From Saprolegnia diclina VS20 (Eukaryota), in assembly GCF_000281045.1 (NCBI RefSeq), contig NW_008246077.1, forward strand, positions 342,326 to 406,325: 64,000 nucleotides of DNA, read 5' to 3'. Shown one piece after another: positions 36,588-48,485 of the stretch (its first letter is position 1; each line of letters starts with the position of its first letter). A program made the position numbers and the translations under genes. A model generated the notes under the pieces. The model had not been told where the DNA came from, did not search any database, and was given only the letters and a program-made list of their open reading frames with translations.

Positions 36588-38549
36588 TTATTCGCGCACC
36601 ACAGGCTGCCACGTATAGGTGCCATAGCTCGCATCGCAGTACCACGTTTGCTCCAGTGCCGTGTGTTCGGCGGCCTCGCAGCCAATACCGTCTCTCTTGG
36701 GCTCGTTGCAGCACACCCAGTGCCCTGGAAGAAGCGTGCCCCCCATATAGTAGGCCGCATGCGCGCGGCACGAGCGCGTTGCCACTGCCGGGTTGAAGGG
36801 TGCGTCGCAGCGGCGGCACCGCTCCAAACTGCTTGTTTCGTGGGCCACAAGTGCCTCGCGGAACCATGTCGTGGCGTGGGCTAAGCCCAGTGTACCATCG
36901 CGGCATACACGGGGCGGGGCCGCCGCATGCGCCGCCGCAAGCGACCGAAGAAGGCTAAAGAGGATGCCTTGGGCGCCAACTTCGCCGTATCGTATCGCAA
37001 ACACGTGGCTGCGGCTCGGGTCATTCGCAGGGTACAACGGCAGTGACCCGCCGGTGACGGCCGTGATCCAATCGGGCAACGCGTCCAGATCCACGTCGTC
37101 AAAGATCAGAAAGAGCATTGGGGTCCGGCAGTGCGCGGCATACAGGAACTCGAGTTTGCAGTTGATCGAGGCGATGTAGGCGGCCGATAAGCAAACGAGG
37201 ACGGCGCCGACATTCGAGACGGCGGTCGCCATCGCAGCGTATATATTGCCCTTCATGTAGCCCATGACATCCATCCATACACGGAGATGGGCGATCGAGC
37301 CTTGCTGATACAGCTGCAGCACGGCCGACTGCTGCTTCCATGCGTACGAGAACATGGCATCGATCTGCACCGCCGCCCGGGGGAGGCCGTGGGCATCAAC
37401 CATCGCCGGTGGCGGCGCTAGTGACAGGCGTGTTACCGTGTACTGCACCGTGTCGGTAATCACAGTTGAAGGCACGAGCGACGTGATGTTTGGCTGCGGC
37501 AGTTGTGCATCTGCTGGCAACTGCCAGCCGTGTAGCATCAATGGCACCGCCGCAGCACGACCCAAGGCAGTAGCCTGCGCTTGACGGTCTTGAAGCACAG
37601 CGGCTTCGTACGCCGTTAACCGAGCCTCTTCTGTCACGTAGAGATGACACTCGTCGACCAAGGCGCTGTGGACGTACGCGAGGAGGTCCGAGGCCGTGCA
37701 CGAGTCGGACACGCAGCACGGGCTTCCGTCAATCTCGGCATACTTGGTAAAGATGCCGTCCAGACGGGATGGGCGCAGCGGATACCAAAGCCGCCCTGCA
37801 AACGCGAGGCCCAGCCACTCGGGGAGGCCGCCGCGCTCGCAGCAGTTGATGGGAAGCAGACTCTTTTTGGTCACAAGCGCCACCTCGAGGGCGCGTTGGT
37901 ATGCTGGCGACGTGGGCGACGACTCGGTGATGACGCACAGCACGAGCTTGGCACATACAATGGCTTCGAGCGCAGTTGCATCGCTCGCATTGACAACTTG
38001 GCAGCGCTCAGGCATCGCCAGCCCTTGCGACGTCAGCGTAGCCAGGAAAGCAGCGACGGTTTGGCCAGCGTCGCCTTCAAAGAGTATGCACACATCGTGC
38101 TGATAGGTGTCCGGCACTATCGGAGGCAGCGCCGGCTCGGGCATTTCTGGCAGTGGCAGCCAGGCGCCGGCAGCCACGAGCTGCTGCAGCGCGTGCACCT
38201 TGTCGTTGAGCGATGGGACCCACGTGCCGTAGCCAAAGCAAATGGCCCCGATGGCACCCGACGGCTCAAAGTAGCTCTCCAAGGACGCACATCGGATCGT
38301 CTTGCGACTGTCCTTTAAGAACGAAAGCGACGTGAGGAGGACGTCGGAGAATGCAAAGTAGACGTCCATGGCCACGATCGCGAGCTCGCACTGCTGCAAT
38401 AAAGCGTAGCGCGATGTGATGTTGATGGGAAAGAGCTCAGTGATGATAGGCACGGTGGCGTCAACGCACAGGAGGCGGCGTACAGCGTCCACCTGCGACG
38501 AGTGCGAGAGCACGACCATTTTGGCCGACGACGAGACGCCCGACCCCAT
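36588..38549 (-). CDS. Intronless TIR-domain protein: MGSGVS N-terminus, three tandem TIR-like domains, C-terminal Cys/His zinc finger
   Basis: Third domain has IDAMFSYAW, VWMDV, AMATAV, VLVCLSAAYIASINCKLEF. Two upstream segments show the same pattern (AIVAMDVYFAFS; LVLCVITESSPTSPAYQRAL...WLGLAFAGRLW). C-terminus CRRC...CRAH...WVCC...GC...H. Confidence 0.85.
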   Translation of the reverse strand: MGSGVSSSAKMVVLSHSSQVDAVRRLLCVDATVPIITELFPINITSRYALLQQCELAIVAMDVYFAFSDVLLTSLSFLKDSRKTIRCASLESYFEPSGAIGAICFGYGTWVPSLNDKVHALQQLVAAGAWLPLPEMPEPALPPIVPDTYQHDVCILFEGDAGQTVAAFLATLTSQGLAMPERCQVVNASDATALEAIVCAKLVLCVITESSPTSPAYQRALEVALVTKKSLLPINCCERGGLPEWLGLAFAGRLWYPLRPSRLDGIFTKYAEIDGSPCCVSDSCTASDLLAYVHSALVDECHLYVTEEARLTAYEAAVLQDRQAQATALGRAAAVPLMLHGWQLPADAQLPQPNITSLVPSTVITDTVQYTVTRLSLAPPPAMVDAHGLPRAAVQIDAMFSYAWKQQSAVLQLYQQGSIAHLRVWMDVMGYMKGNIYAAMATAVSNVGAVLVCLSAAYIASINCKLEFLYAAHCRTPMLFLIFDDVDLDALPDWITAVTGGSLPLYPANDPSRSHVFAIRYGEVGAQGILFSLLRSLAAAHAAAPPRVCRDGTLGLAHATTWFREALVAHETSSLERCRRCDAPFNPAVATRSCRAHAAYYMGGTLLPGHWVCCNEPKRDGIGCEAAEHTALEQTWYCDASYGTYTWQPVVRE

Positions 38550-39180
38550 GGCTATTTCGTGTCGTTTCAAGATACAAACGTGGGATTTGTTTGAGTATCA
38601 AGTAGGCAACGATCGAGTGGGCGATGCATTCGAGCTCGCGGGCGAATTCGTGACCGAGGTACCTCCCCGCACGCTGCGCCGCGAGATGCCGAGGCACTTG
38701 TCCAAGTGCGGTGCAAACCGCGTCGCCAGTACCTCGTGTCGCCACAGCATCATTAGCTCCAGTGCTTAAACGCAAACAGTACATTTCCGTTGCAGCGTGG
38801 GCAGGTTACGTGGGCTGCGCTGACTTTGGCTAAAGGCGGGGAGGGCTGCATGCTGGATCGCGTTGGCATGTCGTACAACCCCAAGATGTCCATGGCCTCG
38901 GTCTTGACAAGACGATGCATCTACCGTGTATACGCTCATCGACTATACTCGATGCCAATGTATAGTACCTCGAGGCAGACATCCCATGCGACTTCATCGA
39001 CCAAGGCCGCGAGCACGCTTGCCTCCCACGCCTGTGCCATCTCGCTGCAAGCAACCGAATCTTCCGGATATTATTATCCGGAATATAATATTATAGTGTG
39101 CTTTTGACATGTAATAGTGTATATAGACCGGATACCGTCGTCGCAATCCGGATGCGCAACTCGAAGCGGCGCCAAGTGGA

Positions 39181-42100
39181 ATGGCACGACGGGTGCGGCC
39201 CCGCCCCGCGGCCGTGCCAACCAAATCGTTGCTGGGAAAACCAGTGCATGCCAAGACCACTGCATTAAGCAACCAGTGTAATATCGAGCCGCTGGTTGCG
39301 CAGAGCCTGGCGTCTGGCACACTCGACCTTGCGGCTGCGGCCGACACGATCGACGACGTGGCTCTCGTAGCAATTGCGGGCCGCCTCGCGCCGCATGCAG
39401 CGTCCATGCACAACCTTGTGCTCTCTGGCTCGGAGCGCATCTCAGCGGTAGCATCTACCATACCATACCGCGTCCATCAACGGATGTCTAGATTGGCATG
39501 CGCTCGGTAGCCCACGCATTGGGGAGCGAGCTTCGGCGACTGGTGTACGCACACGTGCCCGTGCAGCACGACGTCCTCAAAGTGCTCACCACGCGCATTG
39601 AGGTGCTCGAAGACGTCGACTTTTCATGTTCGCCCAACTTGTCTGGTGAAGCGATCCGCGAGTTCATTCCATGCTGCAACCGATCGCTGCGAATATGCAA
39701 CCTCTCGTATTGCCCCATGGTCACTGACGATGGTACGCCTCGCTGACGTTATGGCCACGTACCAGCTACGAGTAGCACTGTGCTGGCTGGCGGGAACGAT
39801 CGGCGCTCAAGGTGGGCTCACGCAGTGCCGAAAGCTTCGGTCCCTGAATTTGGCCCAAACCCTCGCCATCACAGACCGAGGCCTATGTGCACTTGCCGTC
39901 GGGTGCCGCGCACTGCAGTTTCTCAACCTCGAAGGACTCTTGCATGTGACAGACATTGGCTTGACGCAGCTTGCACGCGGCTGCAAGCAACTGCGGGTCG
40001 TCCATCTCAAGCGCTGCGTTCAGGTTCGCGCGTTCCGCATGCAGTCCGTGTTGAAGGACCGCTTTAGGTTTCGGACATTGGTGTCACCGCTCTTGGCAAG
40101 CACTGTCCCAAGCTCCAGAGTATGAACCTTTGTGGCGTGGTGCTCTTGACAACGTCGGGGCTGACACAATTGGTATCCCATGCGCGCGCGCTTCAGGTCC
40201 TGGATGTCCAAGGTTGCAGCTTGCTAACAGAAGAAGCGCTATGCATTCTCGCCACGGCGCTGCCAGCTCTGCAGCACCTCAACGTGACGGGGTGTCAGCA
40301 AATTACTGAAAACGGACTTCGAACTCTTGCGACGCACCTTCCGTTCGTGCAACTGGCGACGACCTTTCGAGGCCTCGAGCCGAAAACCAACGCCACGGAG
40401 CTCAAGTTTGCGCACCACAAGTCGACGATTGCGCACTCGGCGGCCCTCCGCCTTCAGGCGTGGTACCGTGGGCACCTCGGGCGGCGCATTGCAACCTCGT
40501 GGCGCCACGTCATGGTTGAAACGCCCGCCGCTAACGTCATTCGGCGCGCCTACTATCGACATCGGCTTCGGACCGAACTTGCGCGGCGCGTCGCTCACAC
40601 CGAATACATTGCTCGCCTCGTGGCACGCATCCAAGCACTTGTGCGAGGCGTCCTCGTGCGCACACGCATCCAGCGCGAGCTCGATGAAGCGTATGCCCAC
40701 ACGGTCGCTACACGCGCGGCCAAGCGCATTCAAACTCGCTTTCGTGGCTTTCGCATTCGGCGACAAGTCAACCCTGTTAATGTGGCCCTCGCGCGCATGT
40801 ACATGCGCTTTGCCGAGGAGCGTCGAGCGCGATGTGCCGTGCGCGTCCAGCGTTGCTACCGCCGTCGACTGAACCGGTGTCGACTCTCGGAGGTTGTGGG
40901 GCTGGCCCAGCGCTGGCGGCAGCAGTGCCACGACGCCGCGACGAAGCTCCAGCGGCTTTTCCGCGCCCGGGCAGCGCGCGCACTCACGCGGAGTCTTCAG
41001 CGCGAGCTCGAGGCGCGCCGAGCGTGGAAGGCGCATTGCGTCAACATGGCGATCAAACTCCAGTCCCATTGGCGGCGGCATGCATCCTGGCGTCACTTGC
41101 AGCGCGCGCGCTTGGAGTTCGCGCGGCAACAAGCCATCTTGGCAGCAGCTGCGACGCGCATCGAGGCGCTCGTGCGCGGCTGGTTTGGCCGCCGCGCCGC
41201 CCATGCGCGACGCGACCAAGTCGCGTCCTGGCACGCGGCAGCGGCGACGATCCAGCGGGCATGGCACGCCTATCTACACCCGACGCATGGCACGGTCGAG
41301 TACTCCAAGCTCGTCTCGGACATCAAGTGGCAGCTGCACCTGGAAGCGGCCGAGGCCGAAGCCCGAAAAGACGCCCTTCTCGAGCGGGAACGGCAGGCGG
41401 CGATGCGGGACTCGGCGTCCGAGGCCGACAGTGAAGACGATTGGTACGAGCAAGAGGCTTCGTTTTGGTTTTCGCCGTCTCGGAACGAACGCGAGTGGAC
41501 GCGCCCGAACCGCTTCGCCCGCGAGAAGAGCCTCGTCGGCGTCTCCATCCGCGTCTTTTGGCCGCTCGAGGACGCGTGGTTCGAAGGGGTCATCACAAAA
41601 TTCTGTGCGTCGCGCGTCAAGCACCGCATCGCATACCTCGATGGCGACCACGAGTGGCTCGAGCTCGATGCGATGGACGAGACGCAGCTCCAAGTGCACA
41701 ACGGCTCGTGGATGATGTATGAAAATTACTACCCAAGCGCATTGGCGCTCAAGGCAGCGCTCTACGTGCACGTGCGGTTTCAGATCTACTCGGTCGAGTA
41801 CTTTTGCTGGCGCGCCGGCTGGATCGAGTCGTTTGACGCTACACGGGACGTGTTTCGGGTCGTCTACGACGACGATGCGATGACCATGGTCGATGCTGAC
41901 CTCTTTGCGTGCGAAGACGAAGTTCGAGTCCAGGACAAGCGGTCGCTGCAGTGGTTCCACTTGGGTACCTTCTTTTTTGGGCTCGGCGATCCGACGCTGC
42001 GGGTCGCCGACTACCTCGCGTACGTCCCACCGGTCTACGATGCGACGTACGAGGACGACGGTGCAATCGAATGGAACGCCGCCGAGTACGGAGGCGACAC

Positions 42101-42344
42101 GACAGAGTATGCTACCGAGTGGCAGGACGAGGTAGCAGCTTATGACGAAAGCTTCGTCGCTGCAGCGGATGCGTTTGCGACCGGCGACGCGACGGCTTTC
42201 GCAAGTCTGGACGAGCCGAATGGCATGGAGGCAGCAAACGACGGTGATGACGAAGGCGATGAAGACGAGGAAGATGACGCAGACGATGCGGATGAAGATG
42301 CTGACGACGACGATGATGCTTCCGACGACGAAGACGACACATGA
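39181..42344 (+). CDS. FBXL/AMN1-type LRR protein with multiple IQ motifs, a degenerate WW, Tudor-like domain(s) and an acidic tail
   Basis: LRSLNLAQTLAITDRGL, LQHLNVTGCQQITENGL; IQ motifs (RLQAWYRGHLGR, RIQALVRGVLVR, RIQTRFRGFRIR, KLQRLFRARAAR); FWFSPSRNEREWTRP; LVGVSIRVFWPLEDAWFEGVI...YLDGDHEW. Confidence 0.85.
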
Positions 42345-42361
42345 CACGAGCAGTATATCGA

Positions 42362-42646
42362 TTAGAAATCCATACAGCGACCCTTCTTCTCCCAGTCGCC
42401 AAAGCGCGTGGGCTCCATGTACTTGCCGCCGCGCGACGGGCCACCCCATTCGGTGCCGGCGGGTCCAATCGTGACCATCTCTTCCTCGTCGTCTTCATCC
42501 TCGTCATCATCGAGCACCGTGTCGACGATAATGGCGCGCGCATGTGGCTTGTCATGCTCGGGCACGAAGCTCTTGGGCGCGTCGCTAAAGGCGCGGGCGG
42601 CCATCGGCGTTGGGCGCGGCAGGCTGCGGAGGACGCGGGCGAGCAT
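42362..42646 (-). CDS. SDHAF4: Succinate dehydrogenase assembly factor 4 (DUF1674)
   Basis: EWGGP...EPTRFGDWEKKGRCMDF C-terminus; Arg-rich mitochondrial presequence. Confidence 0.92.
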   Translation of the reverse strand: MLARVLRSLPRPTPMAARAFSDAPKSFVPEHDKPHARAIIVDTVLDDDEDEDDEEEMVTIGPAGTEWGGPSRGGKYMEPTRFGDWEKKGRCMDF

Positions 42647-43002
42647 GTCGGAATCTTCGGGGTCGTTCGTGCTGTGTGGCAGCAGCGAGCGTCTCATTGG
42701 CCATACGATCTTATATTTCAGCCAATCCCCGTCGACCAATTTATCAGATTTGGACCAATCCGATACCAGGCTTGCCTCCGTGTCGCACCACCATGCATCT
42801 GACGCTGCGCGTGCTGATTGGTCCAAAGTCGCGACCGGCGTGGCCAGGGAGAAGCCGTATCCGGATACCCCAAGATACGCGGCGAGGGCTATTTTTTAAC
42901 GAAAATTAGAATCCAATACAATACTCTAGGTCGAACGATGTCAAGGCCATTAAATTGCGTTGTGGATGGCCTGGCGGCTATTTTTGCGCGGCCCGTATCC
43001 GG

Positions 43003-45604
43003 ATGGATACTCAACCGATAGATTCTCCTTTTACTATGCCGAGGGGGATTCGGGACGAGGAAGAAGACGGAGTTCTTTGTGACGACGACGCGACGGACGA
43101 CGCCATGGCCTCTACCTACGTCACGACGACGGAGCATGCAACCCTTCCGAGCGCGACCGCGCTAGCAGGTACCTCCATCATGCGATCCGCGCATGGGGCT
43201 CATGCAACGGCGCTTATGGCAGATGCAACGACACCCAACTCGACACCAACCCTGGGTCCGACGTCGTCCTTGCCGAGCCCATACCTTCAGAGCGGCCGGA
43301 AGACGTCGAGTAGCTTCTCCGACTTGGGCGACTTTGACGAGTTTACAGAGCTCAACTACTGTGCGACGCCCGAGAAGCCCGGCCTCTTCCACAAGCCAAT
43401 GCCGATCCGGGAAGAAGTCGAGCAGTTCCGTCTCAATACCGACGACGACGACACGCGGCCTCGCCACTTGGGCTTGCATGGCACCGGCATCAACCTCTTT
43501 CCTGGCGAAGTTCTCAAGCTCCGTGTGGACCATGCAGCGTACATTGTCTTTTACAAGGCGTCGACCGCCGCTGAGCCCGAGAGCCCGCCCGACAGCGCGA
43601 CGCAGCCGTCGTCGTCATCGTCCGAGTCGGCCTCGGACGTGCCCATGCCGCTCTTCGAACCCGGCGTCCCTGCAGGTACAAATGATATCCTTGTCCGTAG
43701 CACCATCTAACTCCTCTGTCGACGATACTAGCACCAACATCGGGGCCGCCAAAATCGCTCGGTGCACTTGGCGCCGCCGGCTACACGGTCGTGACGGCCG
43801 ACTGCTACCAGCGCTACAACGCAACCCGATCGGGCTCACTCGGGCGTGGCCTCTTTCGTGCGACGACGCATGTCGGGAGCGCGTTCCTCAAGGGCACGAG
43901 CACGCTCATCAACCAGACGTACGAGGGCACGACGCGCGGTGGCGTCCTCGGTTTTGCAAAAGGTCTCGGTCTCGGCATGTGGGGCTTTGGCTCGCACACG
44001 GTCAAAGGCGCGTTTCGCAGCGTCGGGCACATGACGACGGCGGTCGGCGAAGTCGTCCTCGGGCCGGACCCGCACTTTAGCCTCGACGGGACGCTCGTCT
44101 TGACCAACTACCGCATTGTGTGGACGTCGGCGCACGACACGTTTGACATTCCTCTCGCATCGCTTGTCTCGATCGACAACCCGTCGGTGACGGCGCCCCA
44201 CATCCTGCACATGGAGTGCAAGAACCTGCTTCGGCCGCAGTTTGCGTTTGCGGACGAAGCCTCGTGCGTCGCGTTCATTGAAGCCACACTTCGCCTCTAC
44301 AGCGACGGCCCGTACACGTTTAGCACGGTGCATTTCAACGCGATTCAGTCGGGCACGGCGCTCGACATATTGGACGCGGACGAGACGAGCACGCCATCGA
44401 TCTACGAGGCGCTCACGGACTTTGCGCGGCTCGGCTTGACCAAATCCGACGCGTGGACGCTCGTCAACAATGAGACGTACGCGCTATTTCCGACGTACCC
44501 CAAGACGTTTGTGCTGCCCGCGGGGTTTACGGACCACGACATTGTCGAGCTGAGCACGTATCGCAGCGCGAGCCGCGTGCCCGCCGTCGTATGGCTGCAT
44601 CCGCTCACGAACGCGAGCATCTGTCGTTGCGCGCAGCCGTGCGCGGGCCTCAGCGGGTACGCGGCCGAGGCCGACAAGAAGGTTGTGGCGCTGCTCCGAA
44701 CGGGCGCAACGTATCACTTTTTTGACGCGCGGTCGCAAATGGCGGCTGCCGGCAACTTTGCCCAAGGCAAAGGCACCGAGGACGTGCGCAACTACCCCAA
44801 CACGGAGCTCCACCACTGTGACATTGCCAACATTCACGGCGTGCGGGCGTCGTACAATGCGCTCGCAGCCGTGTGCCAGCCAAACGCGCCCTCGGACGCA
44901 GAGCCGCTCTTGCAGCGCACGCAGTGGCTCAGCCACGCCGCCAGCATCCTCGTCGCCGCCCAGCGCATGGCGACCGTGCTATGCACGGGCGAGTCGGTCA
45001 TGGTGCACTGCAGCGACGGCTGGGACCGCACGTCGCAGCTCGCTGGGCTTGTGCAACTGCTGCTCGACCCGCATTACCGAACCTTTCGAGGGTTCCTCGA
45101 GCTCATCGACAAGGAATGGTGCGAGCTACTTGCACGACATGTTTAGGAGCTCAATCGTGCTGTAGGTGCTCGTTTGGGCATATGTTTCGGTGGCGACTCG
45201 GCGTCGGGACCGGCCCCAATGCGGAAGAGGCCACGGAGCTCTCGCCCGTCTTTGTACAGTGGCTCGACTGCGTCTGGCAAGTGTGGCGTCAAGCGCCGTG
45301 GGCGTTTGAGTTTTCCGACGAGCTCGTTGCAACGATCTACAACCACGTGTACTCGGGCCTCTTTGGTACGTTCGAGTACAACTGTGAGAAGGAGCACCGG
45401 GATAAGGAAGCGCTCGACCCGACGCGCTCGCTGTGGCGGTACCTTCTTCGGCGCCAAGCAACGTTTGAGAACCCGAGCTACGAGCCCGAGAAGAGCTTGC
45501 GACTAGTCGGCCAACTCCTCGACGTCAATGTGGCCGAGTCCGACTTGAGGCTATGGGACGCCCATGTGGCATGCGCGGACCCGATATGCCGCAAGTACAC
45601 TTGA
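43003..45604 (+). CDS. Myotubularin-related phosphoinositide phosphatase (3 exons; start at 43003 or 43036)
   Basis: GTLVLTNYRI (GRAM/PH-like), YRSASRVP, IANIHGVR, catalytic VHCSDGWDRT, FGHMF, SPVFVQWLDCVWQ. Confidence 0.94.
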
Positions 45605-45847
45605 AGGTGCGACCCCGTGCTGCGTGCTTTGGAAGCCGACGGAAGACAAACCCATCGTAGGAGACATAGGAGTAGTTGTTGTAGGACATTAGTTGCAGAT
45701 GGTCGACGACGACTGCTGCCATTAGATTTGTAGGTAGTGCTAGTAGTAGGTCATGCGGTAACATTGGCGTCTCGTAGAATCAAAAGTTGGCTGATGAAGC
45801 GCACACAACAATATTGCTTGGCTGCCATAGACGATGGTGTCCTGATG

Positions 45848-46803
45848 CTATGTTAGGACGCAAGCAATGTCGTCGAAGAGCTTGGCGTTGAGTTTGGTCT
45901 CGAGCCAGCGAGCTCTACGGACAGTATGAACAGTTCGTGAATGATGTGCGACCTCGTACTTGATGTCGCGCAGAATATCATGACTTGGTGCGACGCCCGG
46001 GCCTTGATGTGCGCTCGTCGCTGGCGCCATGGGCTGTGACATGAAGGGCGCTGGAGACGCATCCGAACGGCGCGCAGAAGGTGCTGCTCGGGCGAGTCTT
46101 GTGGCATGGAACGCCTTGTTGGTGCTGCTTGGCGTCGATTGTAGTTTGCTTGGTTTTTGGTCGATCACTGCTCTGGGCCTGGGCAGGACCACGTTTCTCG
46201 TTTGCTCAGACCGTGAAGTCGAAATTCTAGGATATTGCGTGCTCTGGGGCGGCTTGGTGACCGCGATAGCGCGCAGCGGCTGCTTGGCTTCGGTTGTCGA
46301 TGGCGGCGTCCGGGGAATCACCACGGGAGCCACTGCCATCGGAAGCAGTTGAAAATTGGGAAACGCTTGCACCTCGTCCTCCTCAAAGTCCCCGAGGAGC
46401 GCCGCACACGCTTCCATCTCTTGCTGAATGAGCATCTCTACATGCTTCCTGTCAGGAGTTATCAAGGACGCATGCAACCCGTACCTCGCGTTGGGATCGT
46501 CGTCGGGCGGGATGTTTGGGGACTCGGCACACGATCGTCCACATGCGGCTTGGCTGGTCGCTTCTTGACAGCATCTACATGCACGTGCTTCGTCGGTCGA
46601 GGTCGTCGCACGCTTCCTACACTCCATCGCCCGCTGGACCATCTTGCGTCCATAGGTTGCCTCGATCTGCACGTCCATGCAGAGGGTCATCTTCCCACCC
46701 CCTGTGCTTCCATCATGATCCGACGCACCGTCGACCAGCTTCCGGCCGCGGCCAGCGCGCGTATGTGGCGCTTCTTCTCGGCCGTCGTCGTCGTCGCCAC
46801 CAT
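45848..46803 (-). CDS. Hypothetical protein (2 exons)
   Basis: MVATTTTAEKKRHIRALAAAGSWST spliced in frame to IEATYGRK... and a long ORF ending at 45848. Confidence 0.6.
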
Positions 46804-47033
46804 CGAGCAAATTGGAAACTGGCGCGACTCATCCGGATAACGGCGACAAAGAAACCGTCCAAGATCCACCTTGGCGCCGTAATAATATTCCGTATCCGTA
46901 TCCAGCACATTCTTTTTTGGGTACATGTCTTTTCCACATACACTATTTATAATGTATGGAGTGAAAATAATTAAAATATATCGCAATTTGCACGTGAGAA
47001 AAAATTGATTGGGTGAAACAAGAATTGGCCGCC

Positions 47034-48403
47034 ATGTCCTCGAGCGCCCCGCCACTCTCGCCGACGAGCCAGCCCGATGCGAAGCGCATGAAGACGCAGG
47101 AAGACCAAGGACAGGAGTACCACATCATCCTCTTCTACAAGTACGTCCAGGTGCCGGACCCGCAGGCGGAGAAGGCGGCGCAGCATGCGCTCTGTACCGA
47201 GCTCGGGCTCCTTGGCCGCTCGCTCGTAAGCAACGAAGGCATCAACGCCACGTTTGGCGGGCCGCTCGACAAGATCAACGCGTACGTCGAGACCATGATT
47301 GCGCACCCGGTCTTCGCCATGAGCATCGAAGACTTTAAGCGCAGCATGGTCGTCGACAAGGCGCCTTTCGCTGAGCTCGTCATCAAGGACGTCAAGGAGA
47401 TTGTCAACACGGGTCGCAACATCGTGCCGCCGGCGGTCTCCATGACGGACGCGGAGCGTGGGTACCTCACGCCACAGCAGTTCCACGAAGCGCTGGCCAA
47501 GAAGGACGAAAAGCCCACGGTACGATCGATGACGTTTGTCGCATGTGTGCTGCAGCTCACGCTGGCATGACTAGATTGTGCTGGACGTGCGCGCCCACAA
47601 GGAGTTTCTCGTCGGCCACTTCAAGGACGCGGTGGACCCGCAGGTCAAGAACTTTTCCGAGTACTATGCATTCTTGGACCAGCGCATCCCCAAGTTCAAG
47701 GAGGAAAACACGACCGTGCTCATGTACTGCACGGGCGGCATTCGCTGCGAGAAGGCGTCCCAGTTCCTCCGCAGCAAGGGTATTACAGACGTGCACCACC
47801 TCAAGGGCGGCATCCACCGGTACCTCGAGCAGTTCCCGGACGGGGGCTTCTTCCAGGGCAAGAACTTTGTGTTTGACAAGCGGTACGCCCTTCGATCCTC
47901 ATCAGTACATTATGATTCATACTGCGCCGCGCAGCGTGCTCATGGGACCCAAGACGGCCGACGTTGTTGGCTCGTGCGTCTCGTGCGCGACGCCGTACGA
48001 TGCGTTCAACGGTGTGAAAGTCTGCAGCGTGTGCCGGGATCTCGTCCTCGTCTGCGACCCGTGCTTCCAACATGCACACGGCGAAGTGCACTGCCTCGAA
48101 CATCGCTATCTCAAGGACTGCTACTTTACGTTCCTGCAGTACTTTAGCGCTGCTGAGCTTGAGGCGCAGGTGGCGGGCCTTGAAGGTGTCCTCGCGGCGC
48201 TACTCTCCGAGACGGAAAAGCAAAAGCGCAGCCAGAACCGCCGCCGCACGGTGCGCAAGCAGCTCGAGAAGGTCAAGGCGCGCCTATCGCTCGTGCAAGA
48301 AAACCCGTCGGCTGTCGAAACGTGGACCAAGGTGCACTGCCGCACGTGTGGCTCCACCGACTGCCAAGGCACGTGCTGGGGCTTCTGGAACGAAGTGCAG
48401 TAA
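47034..48403 (+). CDS. Rhodanese-domain protein, UPF0176/TrhO/TSTD2 family (3 exons)
   Basis: ILFYKY, EGINAT, LDVR...VGHF, MYCTGGIRCEKAS, LKGGIHRYLE, GKNFVFDK, Cys-rich C-terminus. Confidence 0.92.
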
Positions 48404-48423
48404 GCACAGACAGCTCTACAGAC

Positions 48424-48485
48424 GTCATAAGATACGCAACATGCATAGACTGTGTCATAAGATACGCAACATGCATAGACTGTGT
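48424..48485 (+). repeat. Perfect 30-bp tandem duplication in the 3' flank
   Basis: GTCATAAGATACGCAACATGCATAGACTGT x2. Confidence 0.9.

Noticed and set aside
38790..39060. Possible dual-specificity phosphatase relic (YVGCADF...DFIDQGR)
   Set aside because: Interrupted by stops, no HCxxGxxR motif; too weak to call.
40239..42449. Long antisense ORFs (342 and 391 aa) and similar ones elsewhere
   Set aside because: Shadow ORFs produced by high GC3 codon usage of the real genes.
48424..48485. CRISPR-like 30-bp repeat
   Set aside because: Two abutting copies, no spacer, no cas genes, eukaryotic context; a simple tandem duplication.
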